Below, in pieces: positions 29,012-38,801 of a stretch of DNA of 64,000 bases. How positions within the stretch are numbered: the stretch's first letter is position 1; every line of letters begins with the position of its first letter. The translations under genes were made by a program, and so were the position numbers. The DNA is taken from the NCBI GenBank assembly GCA_041598875.1, contig JBFHXP010000002.1:13716-77715 (forward strand). The letters run 5' to 3'. Below the pieces are notes generated by a model, which saw only the letters and a program-made list of their open reading frames with translations, did no database searches and was not told where the DNA came from. Source of the stretch: Desulfobulbales bacterium. Its GTDB lineage: Bacteria; Desulfobacterota; Desulfobulbia; Desulfobulbales; BM004.

Positions 29012-29832
29012 AGGGCCGACTCTCTTGCGGCAAGATCACACACGCCCTGCTCAAGGTCATGAAGATCGGTGATAACGGGTGATTCTCCACATAAAGGGCA
29101 GTCGGGCTGGCGCTTCAGGGGAATCTTGCGAAACACCATCTCCTTTGCCTCAAAAGAAAGCAGACAGTTGACAAGCAAGGTGCCGGCCCTGGTAAAATAT
29201 TTCAGGGTTTCCGCGGCCTGGATGGTGCCGAGCATGCCGGCAATGGCCCCAAGCACCCCGGCCTGGGAGCAGGTGGGGACCGCGTCGGGCGGAGGAGGTT
29301 CCCGGAAGGAGCAGCGATAGCAGGCGCTTTCACCGGGCATCACGGTCATGGTCTGGCCGGTGAACCGCAAAATACCGCCATGGGAAAAGGGGATTTTTTC
29401 CAGGTAACAGGCATCATTGATCAAAAACTTCGTCGGGAAGTTATCTGTGCCATCGACCACGAAATCATAGTTCCGGATGATATCGCGGATATTTGCGGCG
29501 CAGAGGTAGTCCTGATAGGTATTGACCGTGATCTCAGGATTAATGGCCCGCATCTTCTCCGCGGCCGACTCTACCTTGGCGATTCCGATATCCCTTGTGA
29601 AATGAACCACCTGTCGCTGGAGATTGGAGACCTCAACCACATCGTTATCAATGATTCCCACGGTGTTGATGCCGGCCGCGGCAAGATAGAGAGAAACCGG
29701 CGCCCCAAGTCCGCCCGCGCCGATGATCAGCACCCTGGCCCCGAACAATCGTTCCTGGCCCTCCACACCCACCTCCTGGAGCAGGATATGCCTGCTGTAG
29801 CGCTCCAGCTGCTCTTCGGTAAAATCATGCAT
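29008..29832 (-). CDS. ThiF/MoeB-family E1-like adenylyltransferase
   Basis: 274 aa. Contains IIGAGGLGAP plus two Cys pairs, CYRC and CPLC. No rhodanese domain. Confidence 0.88.
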   Translation of the reverse strand: MHDFTEEQLERYSRHILLQEVGVEGQERLFGARVLIIGAGGLGAPVSLYLAAAGINTVGIIDNDVVEVSNLQRQVVHFTRDIGIAKVESAAEKMRAINPEITVNTYQDYLCAANIRDIIRNYDFVVDGTDNFPTKFLINDACYLEKIPFSHGGILRFTGQTMTVMPGESACYRCSFREPPPPDAVPTCSQAGVLGAIAGMLGTIQAAETLKYFTRAGTLLVNCLLSFEAKEMVFRKIPLKRQPDCPLCGESPVITDLHDLEQGVCDLAARESAL

Positions 29833-29871
29833 CGTTGTAATTCCTCTTGAATGTACGCACAGTTATTCCAC

Positions 29872-31104
29872 TCATGATCGTGCCAATGATTGAACGAGGT
29901 CATCCTCGATGTCTTCATAATCCTCAATGCCCACCGAAAGACGAAGCATTGCCTCCCCCACTCCCATCCTGCGCCGGTCCTCCTCTGCATACTCTTCAAA
30001 TATGGTGGATGCCGGGTGAAGGACCAGGGTTTTGTTGTCATTAACGTTGGTCGCGCGCCGGATGAGCCTAAAGGCATCCATGACCGCAAAGCACTGGCCG
30101 CGGCTTACCAGCTCAAAAGTCAATATCCCGCCGAATCTCTGTGAGAATTGCCGGGATGCAATGGGATGAAAAGGTGAGTCGGACAGCCCGGGATAGCTTA
30201 CCGACACCACTGCTTCATGTTTTTTGAGAAACCGCGCCAGTTTGAGAGCGTTGTCACAACTTTTTTCAATCCGAAGCCCCATGCTCTCCAGCCCCAGGCT
30301 GTGGAGATAGGCATGGTGCGGGGCCATACAGGCGCCGACATTCCTGAAGACCTCCCGCCGCAGGAAACCGATCAGGGCATGGGGCCCCATCCTGGCGGCC
30401 CACGGCGCAAGGCGCGGGGATTTCCGCCAATCGAAGGTACCAAGGTCAATAATTGCGCCGCCCAGGCAGGGAGCGCCCCCGGAGATATATTTGGTAGTGG
30501 AGAGAACCTCCACCGCAACCCCGAAATCCTTTGCCGGAAAGAGATAGGGGGTGGTCACCGTATTATCGAGTATGACCGGCACCCCGCAGGCTTCAGCAAC
30601 GCGGGCAATCGCTTTGATGTCAGCCACTTCAAGCTGGGGATTGGTAATGCTCTCCAGAAAAACGGCCCTGGTATTCTCATCTATCAGTTGCGCGAGAGTA
30701 TCGGGCGACGTCATGTCGGCCAGCCGGACCTCAAGACCCCAGGGGCCCAGGGTCCGCTCGAAAAGCGACAGGGTGTTGCCAAAGAGGTGACGGGTGGTAA
30801 TGATATTGGTCCCGGCGCCGGCGAGAGAAAGGATAAGGGTGCTGATCGCCGCCATTCCGGAAGAAACAGCCACCACCCCCGCACCGTTGGAGATGAGCTG
30901 CAGCTTCTGCTCAAAATCAGTCACCGTGGGATTGGTGATTCGGGAATAGATATGGGCCGGCCTGCGCCCGGCAAATGCCTGGTGGAGGTCCTCGCTGGTC
31001 TCCTGGGCAAAGGCCACGGAGTCATAGACCGGCACCCGCAAGGAACCGTGGGCGTTCTGAGCGGGGTATGCGCCATGGATAGCGTTGCTGGTGAAGCCGT
31101 TCAT
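29872..31104 (-). CDS. metY: O-acetylhomoserine sulfhydrylase-type PLP enzyme
   Basis: 410 aa. Cys/Met-metabolism PLP family: YSRITNPT, and LSTTKYISGG (PLP lysine). Confidence 0.85.
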   Translation of the reverse strand: MNGFTSNAIHGAYPAQNAHGSLRVPVYDSVAFAQETSEDLHQAFAGRRPAHIYSRITNPTVTDFEQKLQLISNGAGVVAVSSGMAAISTLILSLAGAGTNIITTRHLFGNTLSLFERTLGPWGLEVRLADMTSPDTLAQLIDENTRAVFLESITNPQLEVADIKAIARVAEACGVPVILDNTVTTPYLFPAKDFGVAVEVLSTTKYISGGAPCLGGAIIDLGTFDWRKSPRLAPWAARMGPHALIGFLRREVFRNVGACMAPHHAYLHSLGLESMGLRIEKSCDNALKLARFLKKHEAVVSVSYPGLSDSPFHPIASRQFSQRFGGILTFELVSRGQCFAVMDAFRLIRRATNVNDNKTLVLHPASTIFEEYAEEDRRRMGVGEAMLRLSVGIEDYEDIEDDLVQSLARS

Positions 31105-31319
31105 CTGCCTCCACCCATGAAAAAGAGAAACTCCACATCATCACCCGCAACAAGTGTCGTGGAATCATAGGCATCCCTGGCGACAAAGGTTCCGTTACAC
31201 TGCACCGCCACCATCTCCGGAGACTCCACCTGACACAACTCCAGAAGCCGGGAGATGGTGGTGTCCGCACCATCTACCTCATAATTTTTTCCATTAACCG
31301 TAATTATTATACCATTCAT
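31101..31319 (-). CDS. ThiS/MoaD-like sulfur-carrier protein with C-terminal ...MGGGR
   Basis: 72 aa with a beta-grasp-like pattern (ITVNGKNYEV...GDDVEFLFFMGGGR). The Gly-Gly is followed by extra residues. ATGA overlap with metY. Confidence 0.8.
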   Translation of the reverse strand: MNGIIITVNGKNYEVDGADTTISRLLELCQVESPEMVAVQCNGTFVARDAYDSTTLVAGDDVEFLFFMGGGR

Positions 31320-31378
31320 CTTCCTGCCCTCAAAAAGTGACGCGCCTTAATCTTGACCATTCAGATCAGTTTTATCAA

Positions 31379-31407
31379 GATATAAACGGAAAAGAAAAAC
31401 CCGTCAA
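31379..31407 (-). promoter_or_regulatory. Candidate sigma-70 promoter for the thiS-like/metY operon
   Basis: Minus strand: TTGACG, 17 nt, TATATC, about 60 nt upstream of the thiS-like ATG. Confidence 0.4.
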
Positions 31408-31610
31408 CAAAAAAATGAAAAAAAAGGAAAACCAGGGCCCGCGACAAGGGCGCGGTGGCGGAAAAATCGCTATGGGGAGACGGGACAACTGCGAGGGAGA
31501 AAAGATCAAGGAGATCAAGGAAGTATGCAGAGGCGTACTGGAGTACGGCGAGCACATACTTCCGCGGATCGACACCGAGATTTTTTAAAAGTGGCGTTTC
31601 CGGATGAAAA

Positions 31611-32030
31611 CTAAATATCAAAGACAAGAGTGTCCTGAATCGCCTGCCGCCTTAAAGCCATATCCGCAAGGGATACGGAAAGATTTTTTTTAAGGCATTC
31701 CTGGGCGCGGGTAAATATCTCGGCAACCACATCGGGCTGCGCGCTTTCACCGGGCGGGAAAAGATCAATACCGCCCTCAAGAACCATGACGATATCAAGA
31801 ACCGTAATCGCCTCCGGGTCAGCCGCTAGCTGATACCCGCCATTCTTGCCGCGGACACTTCGGACCAGCCCCGCCTTGCCCAGGCGGTTGAAAATCTGCT
31901 CCAGGTACTGATGCGGGATATTCCCGGAAGAAGATATCTCCTTCAAGGGAAGATACCCCACGCCATGGTTCTCTGCCAGGGCAAGCATGGCGCTGATTCC
32001 GTAGATACTTTTGCTGCTGATGGAAAGCAT
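31611..32030 (-). CDS. Rrf2-family transcriptional regulator (no obvious Cys cluster ligands; CymR-like)
   Basis: 139 aa. Contains SSKSIYGISAMLALA...LKEISSSGNIPHQYLEQIFNRLGKAGLVRSVRGKNGGYQL. Confidence 0.85.
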   Translation of the reverse strand: MLSISSKSIYGISAMLALAENHGVGYLPLKEISSSGNIPHQYLEQIFNRLGKAGLVRSVRGKNGGYQLAADPEAITVLDIVMVLEGGIDLFPPGESAQPDVVAEIFTRAQECLKKNLSVSLADMALRRQAIQDTLVFDI

Positions 32031-32067
32031 TGATTATATTTATTCTTTCAGGACATTACCCGGGAAT

Positions 32068-33543
32068 TCATCCGGTTTGGGACATGGCGGCGGCAAACAA
32101 GTCCAGCAGCCGGACATGAATATTGTCAAACCCGCCGTTGGAAAGAATGGCGATCACATCTCCTGGACGGGAGGTTTCCCGCAGTAAAACAAGAATGGAA
32201 TCAGTGTTTTCACAATAATGGGCGTCAGCACCGCGCTGCACAAGGTCAGCAACCAGCAGCGCGCTGGAGAAACGTTCCTCGGGAGTCACCTTATGCAGGG
32301 CGGGCGGCTCTCTGACAATCACCCGGTCGGCAGCGTCAAAGCACTCCACATAGCGTTTTTGAAATACATTGCGCATGCTGGTATTGGTGCGGGGCTCAAA
32401 GACCGCCACCAGGCGGCGGCCCTGATACGCCTCGCGGAGCGCAGCCAGGGTTTCGGCAACCGCGGTGGGGTGGTGGGCAAAATCATCAATTACCGTGATT
32501 CCGCCGATCTCGCCGCGCACCTCCTGCCGCCTCTTGACCCCCGGAAAAGCGGCAAGGCCACGGGCAGCGGCATCGGCGCCAATCCCGAGCCGGTGAAGCA
32601 CCGCAATAACCGCAAGGGCATTCAGGCCATTGTGACGGCCGGGCATGGTGCTGACAAACCGGCCATACTCGGCGCCATTATGGGTGACGGTGAATGATGT
32701 GGCCCCTGGCTGGACCGAAAGACCAGCAAGCTGCCAGGCGCTGTTTCCGGACACCCCGTACCCCTGCACTTCACAGGGAGCATCGGCAACAAGTTCACGG
32801 ACAACGGGATCATCGAAACAGGCGACAATCAAGCCGCTGGCAGGCATGATCGCCACCAGCCGGGCAAAGGATTTCTTTACCGCCTCAAGGTCGGCATAGA
32901 TATCAGCGTGATCGAATTCGATTGAGGTGATGATGGCGATATCAGGGCGGTAGTGGAGGAACTTCGGGCCCTTGTCAAAAAAAGCGGTATCGTACTCGTC
33001 GCCCTCAAGGACAAAATAGGGGCCGTCATTGAGATTAAAATTTCTGCCGAACGCCTGGACCAGACCGCCGATCATAAACCCGGGCTCATGGCCTGCCTCT
33101 TTCAAAAGGGTAGCGAGCAGGGAAGATGTCGTGGTCTTGCCATGGGTTCCAGTCACCACCAGAGACATTTTGCCTGGCAGAAAAAACCGGTTAACCGCCT
33201 GGGGAAAGGAGACATAGGGAATGGCCAGCTCCGCCAGGGCGATGGCCTCTGCATTTTTTCTGCCAATGACGTTTCCCACCACTACCAGGTCGGGCCTGGG
33301 CTCAAGATTGCCGCCGCCATACCCGCTTGTCACCGGAATGCCGAGATTCTCGAGAAAAACACTCATCGGAGGATAGACATGCTCGTCGGAACCGGTTACC
33401 CGAAACCCCCTCTCATGAAGCATCCCGGCAAGCGCGCCCATCCCGGTGCCGCAGATGCCCATGAAATGAACATGGCGGACCTGGCCGGGGATATGATTCA
33501 AGGAAGGGTCGAGAAGGGGTGGCGGAAGCGACGGAATATCCAT
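32068..33543 (-). CDS. mpl: Mur-ligase family; most like UDP-MurNAc:L-Ala-D-Glu-mDAP ligase (Mpl)
   Basis: 491 aa. HFMGICGTGMGALAGML is the Mpl-type N-terminus. Also has GTHGKTTTSSL and EGDEYDTAFFDK. Confidence 0.7.
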   Translation of the reverse strand: MDIPSLPPPLLDPSLNHIPGQVRHVHFMGICGTGMGALAGMLHERGFRVTGSDEHVYPPMSVFLENLGIPVTSGYGGGNLEPRPDLVVVGNVIGRKNAEAIALAELAIPYVSFPQAVNRFFLPGKMSLVVTGTHGKTTTSSLLATLLKEAGHEPGFMIGGLVQAFGRNFNLNDGPYFVLEGDEYDTAFFDKGPKFLHYRPDIAIITSIEFDHADIYADLEAVKKSFARLVAIMPASGLIVACFDDPVVRELVADAPCEVQGYGVSGNSAWQLAGLSVQPGATSFTVTHNGAEYGRFVSTMPGRHNGLNALAVIAVLHRLGIGADAAARGLAAFPGVKRRQEVRGEIGGITVIDDFAHHPTAVAETLAALREAYQGRRLVAVFEPRTNTSMRNVFQKRYVECFDAADRVIVREPPALHKVTPEERFSSALLVADLVQRGADAHYCENTDSILVLLRETSRPGDVIAILSNGGFDNIHVRLLDLFAAAMSQTG

Positions 33544-33597
33544 TGTTGGTTCAGCGCCCCATTGAAAAGGATCTGCCGCGGAAAGAAGGGAACACGA

Positions 33598-33783
33598 TCA
33601 GGAACGCACGGTATCGCGAATCGATCGATAGATTTCCTTGAAGGTTTCGTCGAAATTACCGGGTGAAAGCCGCCCCACCTCGATGAACTTGACCACGATC
33701 TCCTTGGCAACCTTGAGAATCGCGTCATCGGAAACCGGGACAGGTTGAATGGTGCCATCTTGATTGCTTTTCTGCGCTGCCAT
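33598..33783 (-). CDS. Hypothetical small protein (61 aa from ATG 33783)
   Basis: ORF 33598-33792. AGGTG lies 6 nt before ATG 33783. Codon usage looks ordinary. No family recognised. Confidence 0.35.
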   Translation of the reverse strand: MAAQKSNQDGTIQPVPVSDDAILKVAKEIVVKFIEVGRLSPGNFDETFKEIYRSIRDTVRS

Positions 33784-33795
33784 TGCTTGCACCTG

Positions 33796-33849
33796 AAAAA
33801 AAACCTCTGCTGCCGGAAGAAGGCCGTTTCTTAACCAGGACAGCAGAGG
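33796..33849 (-). terminator. Rho-independent terminator after tRNA-Ala
   Basis: Minus strand: cctctgctg...cagcagagg (9-bp stem) followed by T8. Confidence 0.7.
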
Positions 33850-33929
33850 ATGTTTGCTAATAGGAAAAACCTGCCAGGCCCTCCCTAAAGAAACCTTGAT
33901 AAAACCTCGAGCGAGGTCTTAAATCTGAT

Positions 33930-34005
<76 letters not shown>

Positions 34006-34194
34006 ATTCCATAAAGTGGGGCAGGCGATGACGCGGGCAAAGCCTGCTCCCTTAAAAACAGGCCTTGGATACCATGATCATCGCCGTAGTGTCAAGTTTT
34101 TTTCTTTTCACGCCGGCCGGAATCATGCCATATCACTTGCCAACACCAGGATACTCTGTTAGAGTAACCCCTCTTTTCCGAAATGTAACAGTAG

Positions 34195-35310
<1,116 letters not shown>

Positions 35311-35410
35311 CGCAGACCACGATCTCCTACGCCGCGCCATGTCCTTGCCCTGTTGACACCTCCGGCAGCATTCCTTTTTCAGCCAGCCCTCCATTGGGAG
35401 GAAAAAAACC

Positions 35411-36250
35411 ATGAGGAACAAAAAGGGCGGAAAGAAACAGCACAATTACGCCCTCATCATTTTCGGTCTTGTGCTCTCTATTCTCTTTATCCTGGTTGTC
35501 TCCACGGTGGGCCGGAAAGAATTCGGCTCATCCCATAAATTCCTGCTGGAAATAATCGGGCCGGCCCAATCCGTTATTGCCCGGGCCACCACGTTTTTCA
35601 GCGCGATGACCGACGATTACACCGCCCTGATCAATGTGCGCGAGGAAAACAGACAGCTCAAGGACGAGCTCCAGAAGGCCTGGAAGCAGAATATCGAATA
35701 CCGCGAGGCAGCCGCGACCAACGAGGGCCTGAAAAGGCTTCTTCAGTTCAAGGAAGCGCTTCCCGTGCCGACTCTGTCCGCACAGATCATCGGCAAGGAC
35801 CCCTCCATCTGGTTTCGCACCGTAATCGTTGATCAGGGGAGCAACGACGGCGTACTGAAGGGCATGCCGGTGGCAACCTCAACCGGGATCGTCGGCCAGG
35901 TTCTCGGCACCTCACCCAGTTACGCAAAGATTCTTCTTGCCACCGATCCCAACAGCGCAATCGACGTAATGCTTCAGCGGACCCGGACCAGGGGCATTCT
36001 CAAGGGCCAGGGCAACGGGCTCTACGAGCTTCATTATGTTCTTAAAAATGAAGACGTGGTCCTCGGCGACCTGGTTGTCACCTCCGAGCAGGGCGGGATT
36101 TTCCCCCAGGGGTTGTCCGTTGGAACGGTCTCCCGGATCTACAAGGACCAGCGCGGGATGTTTCGGGAAATCGACGTTGAGCCGACAACTGATTTCTCCA
36201 AGCTGGAAAATGTGCTCATCATCATGAAGAAAAACACTCTGACCCCATAG
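35411..36250 (+). CDS. mreC: Rod-shape-determining protein MreC
   Basis: 279 aa. N-terminal TM, a coiled coil (ENRQLKDELQK), and GMPV..TGIVGQV. Position follows mreB. Confidence 0.85.
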   Translation: MRNKKGGKKQHNYALIIFGLVLSILFILVVSTVGRKEFGSSHKFLLEIIGPAQSVIARATTFFSAMTDDYTALINVREENRQLKDELQKAWKQNIEYREAAATNEGLKRLLQFKEALPVPTLSAQIIGKDPSIWFRTVIVDQGSNDGVLKGMPVATSTGIVGQVLGTSPSYAKILLATDPNSAIDVMLQRTRTRGILKGQGNGLYELHYVLKNEDVVLGDLVVTSEQGGIFPQGLSVGTVSRIYKDQRGMFREIDVEPTTDFSKLENVLIIMKKNTLTP

Positions 36251-36265
36251 GGACTACCTCCAGCC

Positions 36266-36805
36266 ATGCCAGTTGTTGTCTTTCTCATCATCGGAGCCCT
36301 CCTTCTGGTGCTGCAGACGTCACTCATACCGATGCTGCCGGCCTGGCTCGGCAAACCGGAGTTTCTCTTCCTGCTCATCGTCTTTATCCCCTCGCGAATG
36401 GGCGTTATTCCCGGGGCGTCAGTGGCCTTCCTGCTCGGCATTCTGAGTGATGTCTATTCGGGAATATATCTCGGTCTTTTCCCGATCACCTATCTGCTCA
36501 TCTTCTTTGTCCTCAAAGGGATATACCGGTTTGTCGCGGTTAACGAGACGTTCTACCAGGCGCCGATAGTGGCTGTCGCCTATCTGCTGACCTGTGGGGG
36601 TATTTTCATTGCCGCCATGCTCCTGGGCGATGGCAGTCAACCCCAATGGACATGGGACGCGGTGCTGGTAAGAACCTTGCTGGTCGCCATCCTGACCATG
36701 CCCTTTTTCAGCCTCTTTGACCTCTGCTGGGAAAAATCGGCCGTCCATCAGCCCCGATGGCGGCTGTTCAAAAGAAAAAAAAGGGAGAATCGCTTTCGGA
36801 ACTGA
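36266..36805 (+). CDS. mreD: Rod-shape-determining protein MreD
   Basis: 179-aa polytopic membrane protein at the conserved position after mreC. Confidence 0.75.
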   Translation: MPVVVFLIIGALLLVLQTSLIPMLPAWLGKPEFLFLLIVFIPSRMGVIPGASVAFLLGILSDVYSGIYLGLFPITYLLIFFVLKGIYRFVAVNETFYQAPIVAVAYLLTCGGIFIAAMLLGDGSQPQWTWDAVLVRTLLVAILTMPFFSLFDLCWEKSAVHQPRWRLFKRKKRENRFRN

Positions 36806-36822
36806 CCCGAAAACTCTGCGGC

Positions 36823-38784
36823 ATGAAATCTTTCAAACCACACCGGTTCCTGCCGGCCAACATCCATCACAACTCCGGTAAAAAAAACCCGCGGACCGGA
36901 CCGGAATTCAAGAGAAAGCGTCTTGACGCCCGGATTTACCGGGTCGACGAGGATGAGCTTTCGACCCTGAAACGTCGGACCGACATTGCGGCCATGATCG
37001 TCATCACCTTGCTCGCCCTGATCATTGCCCGCCTCTGGTACCTGCAGATTCACCGTGGCTCGAACTATGAACAGTTATCGGAAACCAACCGGGTCCGGGT
37101 CCTCAATATCCCGGCATCCCGTGGCAATATCCTTGACCGCAAGGGCCAGGTCATGGTCACCAGTCGTCCCTCCTTCAACATCGTCTGGAACAAGGATGAC
37201 ACCCCTGACCCGGACTCCATGCTCAAAAACCTTGCCCGGATAACCGGCGAGGACATCACGGTGCTGCTCGACAGGATCCGCAAGGCATCAGACCTGCCCA
37301 GACATATCCCCATAACCCTGATGGAGGATATCCCCTGGCAGACCCTGGCGGTCACGGAAAACAACCACCTCGAACTTCCCGGCATCCGGATCATGGCCCT
37401 GCCCATCCGCGAGTACCTCCACCAGGACCGCTCCGCCCATGTCATCGGCTACCTTGGCAAGATCAACAAGGAAGAACTCAAGGATAAACAGGACGATAAC
37501 TACGACCAGACCGACGAGATCGGCAAGATGGGGATTGAAAAAATCTTTGAAAGCACGTTGCGCGGGGAAAAGGGAAAGCAGTTCATGGAGGTTGACGCCC
37601 AGGGATTTGAACAACGGCGCCTCAAGGGGATAGGAGCCCTTCCCGGATCAGATATCCAGCTGACCCTTGATCTCGATCTCCAGACCGAGGCGGAAAAGGC
37701 GATGGGGGACAAGGCGGGCGCGGTGGTGGTCATGGAAGTAAACACCGGCCGGATCCTGGCCCTGGCCAGCACCCCGACCATGTCCCTGGAACAGTTCATC
37801 GGCGGAATCTCTCAGGAAAACTGGAAGGCGCTGCTGGAAGATCCCCTGCGTCCGTTGATCAACAAACCGATCATGGGCCAGTACCCGCCGGGATCGACCT
37901 TTAAAATGATCTCCGCCCTGGCCGGGCTTACCGAGGGAATAGTGACCCCGGATACCGCTTTCTACTGCTCCGGGTCCCTCCAGTTCGGCAACCGCCGTTA
38001 CGGGTGCTGGAAGAAAAGCGGCCACGGGACCGTGCAGCTGAACAGGGCCCTGGCAGAGTCATGTGACGTCTATTTTTATCAGATTGCCCAGCGAATCAAT
38101 GTCGATGTACTGGCCAAATATTCCGAAAGTTTCGGCATGGGGCGAATTACCGGCATTGAACTTGAGCATGAAAAAAGCGGCCTGATCCCAACCGCCGAGT
38201 GGAAAAAGAGGGTAAAGAAACAGGCCTGGCAGAAAGGTGAAAACCTCTCCATTATCATCGGCCAGGGATTCACCCTGACAACCCCGCTCCAGGTCACCCT
38301 GATGACCGCGGCCCTGGCCAATGGCGGCACCCTCTACCGCCCGCAGTTGATTGAAAAAATACAGGGAGGACCCGCCGGCGCCGAACGGGTCTTCACCCCG
38401 ATCGCCGAGGGCAGAGTCCACGGCAACAGCCAGACGATCAAACTGATCCGCAAGGGAATGGAGGACGCGGTAAACAAACCGCACGGGACCGGACAGGCGG
38501 CGCGGTTCAATGAAATCACGGTTGCCGGCAAGACCGGCACCGCCCAGGTGGTCCGACTCGCCAAATTCAAGGATGTTGATGAAAAAAACATTCCCTTTAA
38601 ATATCGGGACCATGCATGGTTCACCTGTTATGCGCCAGCGGAAAACCCGGAAATAGCAGTAACCGTTCTCGTGGAACACGGGGGCCATGGCGGCTCCGCT
38701 GCCGCGCCGATCGCCCGCAAGATCCTGGCATGGTATTTCAATATCACCCCCCCGCCCGCCCCGGCGACCGTGGTCACAGATTAA
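36823..38784 (+). CDS. mrdA: Penicillin-binding protein 2 (elongasome transpeptidase)
   Basis: ORF 36757-38784. ATG 36823 avoids overlap with mreD. Has SxxK (GSTFKM), SGH (SxN-like) and KTGTAQ motifs. Confidence 0.9.
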   Translation: MKSFKPHRFLPANIHHNSGKKNPRTGPEFKRKRLDARIYRVDEDELSTLKRRTDIAAMIVITLLALIIARLWYLQIHRGSNYEQLSETNRVRVLNIPASRGNILDRKGQVMVTSRPSFNIVWNKDDTPDPDSMLKNLARITGEDITVLLDRIRKASDLPRHIPITLMEDIPWQTLAVTENNHLELPGIRIMALPIREYLHQDRSAHVIGYLGKINKEELKDKQDDNYDQTDEIGKMGIEKIFESTLRGEKGKQFMEVDAQGFEQRRLKGIGALPGSDIQLTLDLDLQTEAEKAMGDKAGAVVVMEVNTGRILALASTPTMSLEQFIGGISQENWKALLEDPLRPLINKPIMGQYPPGSTFKMISALAGLTEGIVTPDTAFYCSGSLQFGNRRYGCWKKSGHGTVQLNRALAESCDVYFYQIAQRINVDVLAKYSESFGMGRITGIELEHEKSGLIPTAEWKKRVKKQAWQKGENLSIIIGQGFTLTTPLQVTLMTAALANGGTLYRPQLIEKIQGGPAGAERVFTPIAEGRVHGNSQTIKLIRKGMEDAVNKPHGTGQAARFNEITVAGKTGTAQVVRLAKFKDVDEKNIPFKYRDHAWFTCYAPAENPEIAVTVLVEHGGHGGSAAAPIARKILAWYFNITPPPAPATVVTD

Positions 38785-38801
38785 CAAAAAAGAGGCTGCC
38801 G

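Noticed and set aside
31320-31610. Possible SAM/S-box riboswitch or T-box leader upstream of the thiS-like/metY operon.
   Set aside because: The candidate promoter leaves a leader of only about 60 nt. I could not find the conserved SAM-I/SAM-II core motifs or a terminator/antiterminator pair. An Rfam scan would settle it.
38616-38801. N-terminal extensions offered by the ORF track: rodA from 38616, mrdA from 36757, rplM from 4245, rpsI from 4710, nuoI from 12157, nuoK from 13034, amidohydrolase from 59024, cytochrome from 24455.
   Set aside because: The extensions overlap the preceding gene and encode non-conserved Arg/Pro-rich sequence. Internal ATGs with an RBS match the conserved family N-termini.
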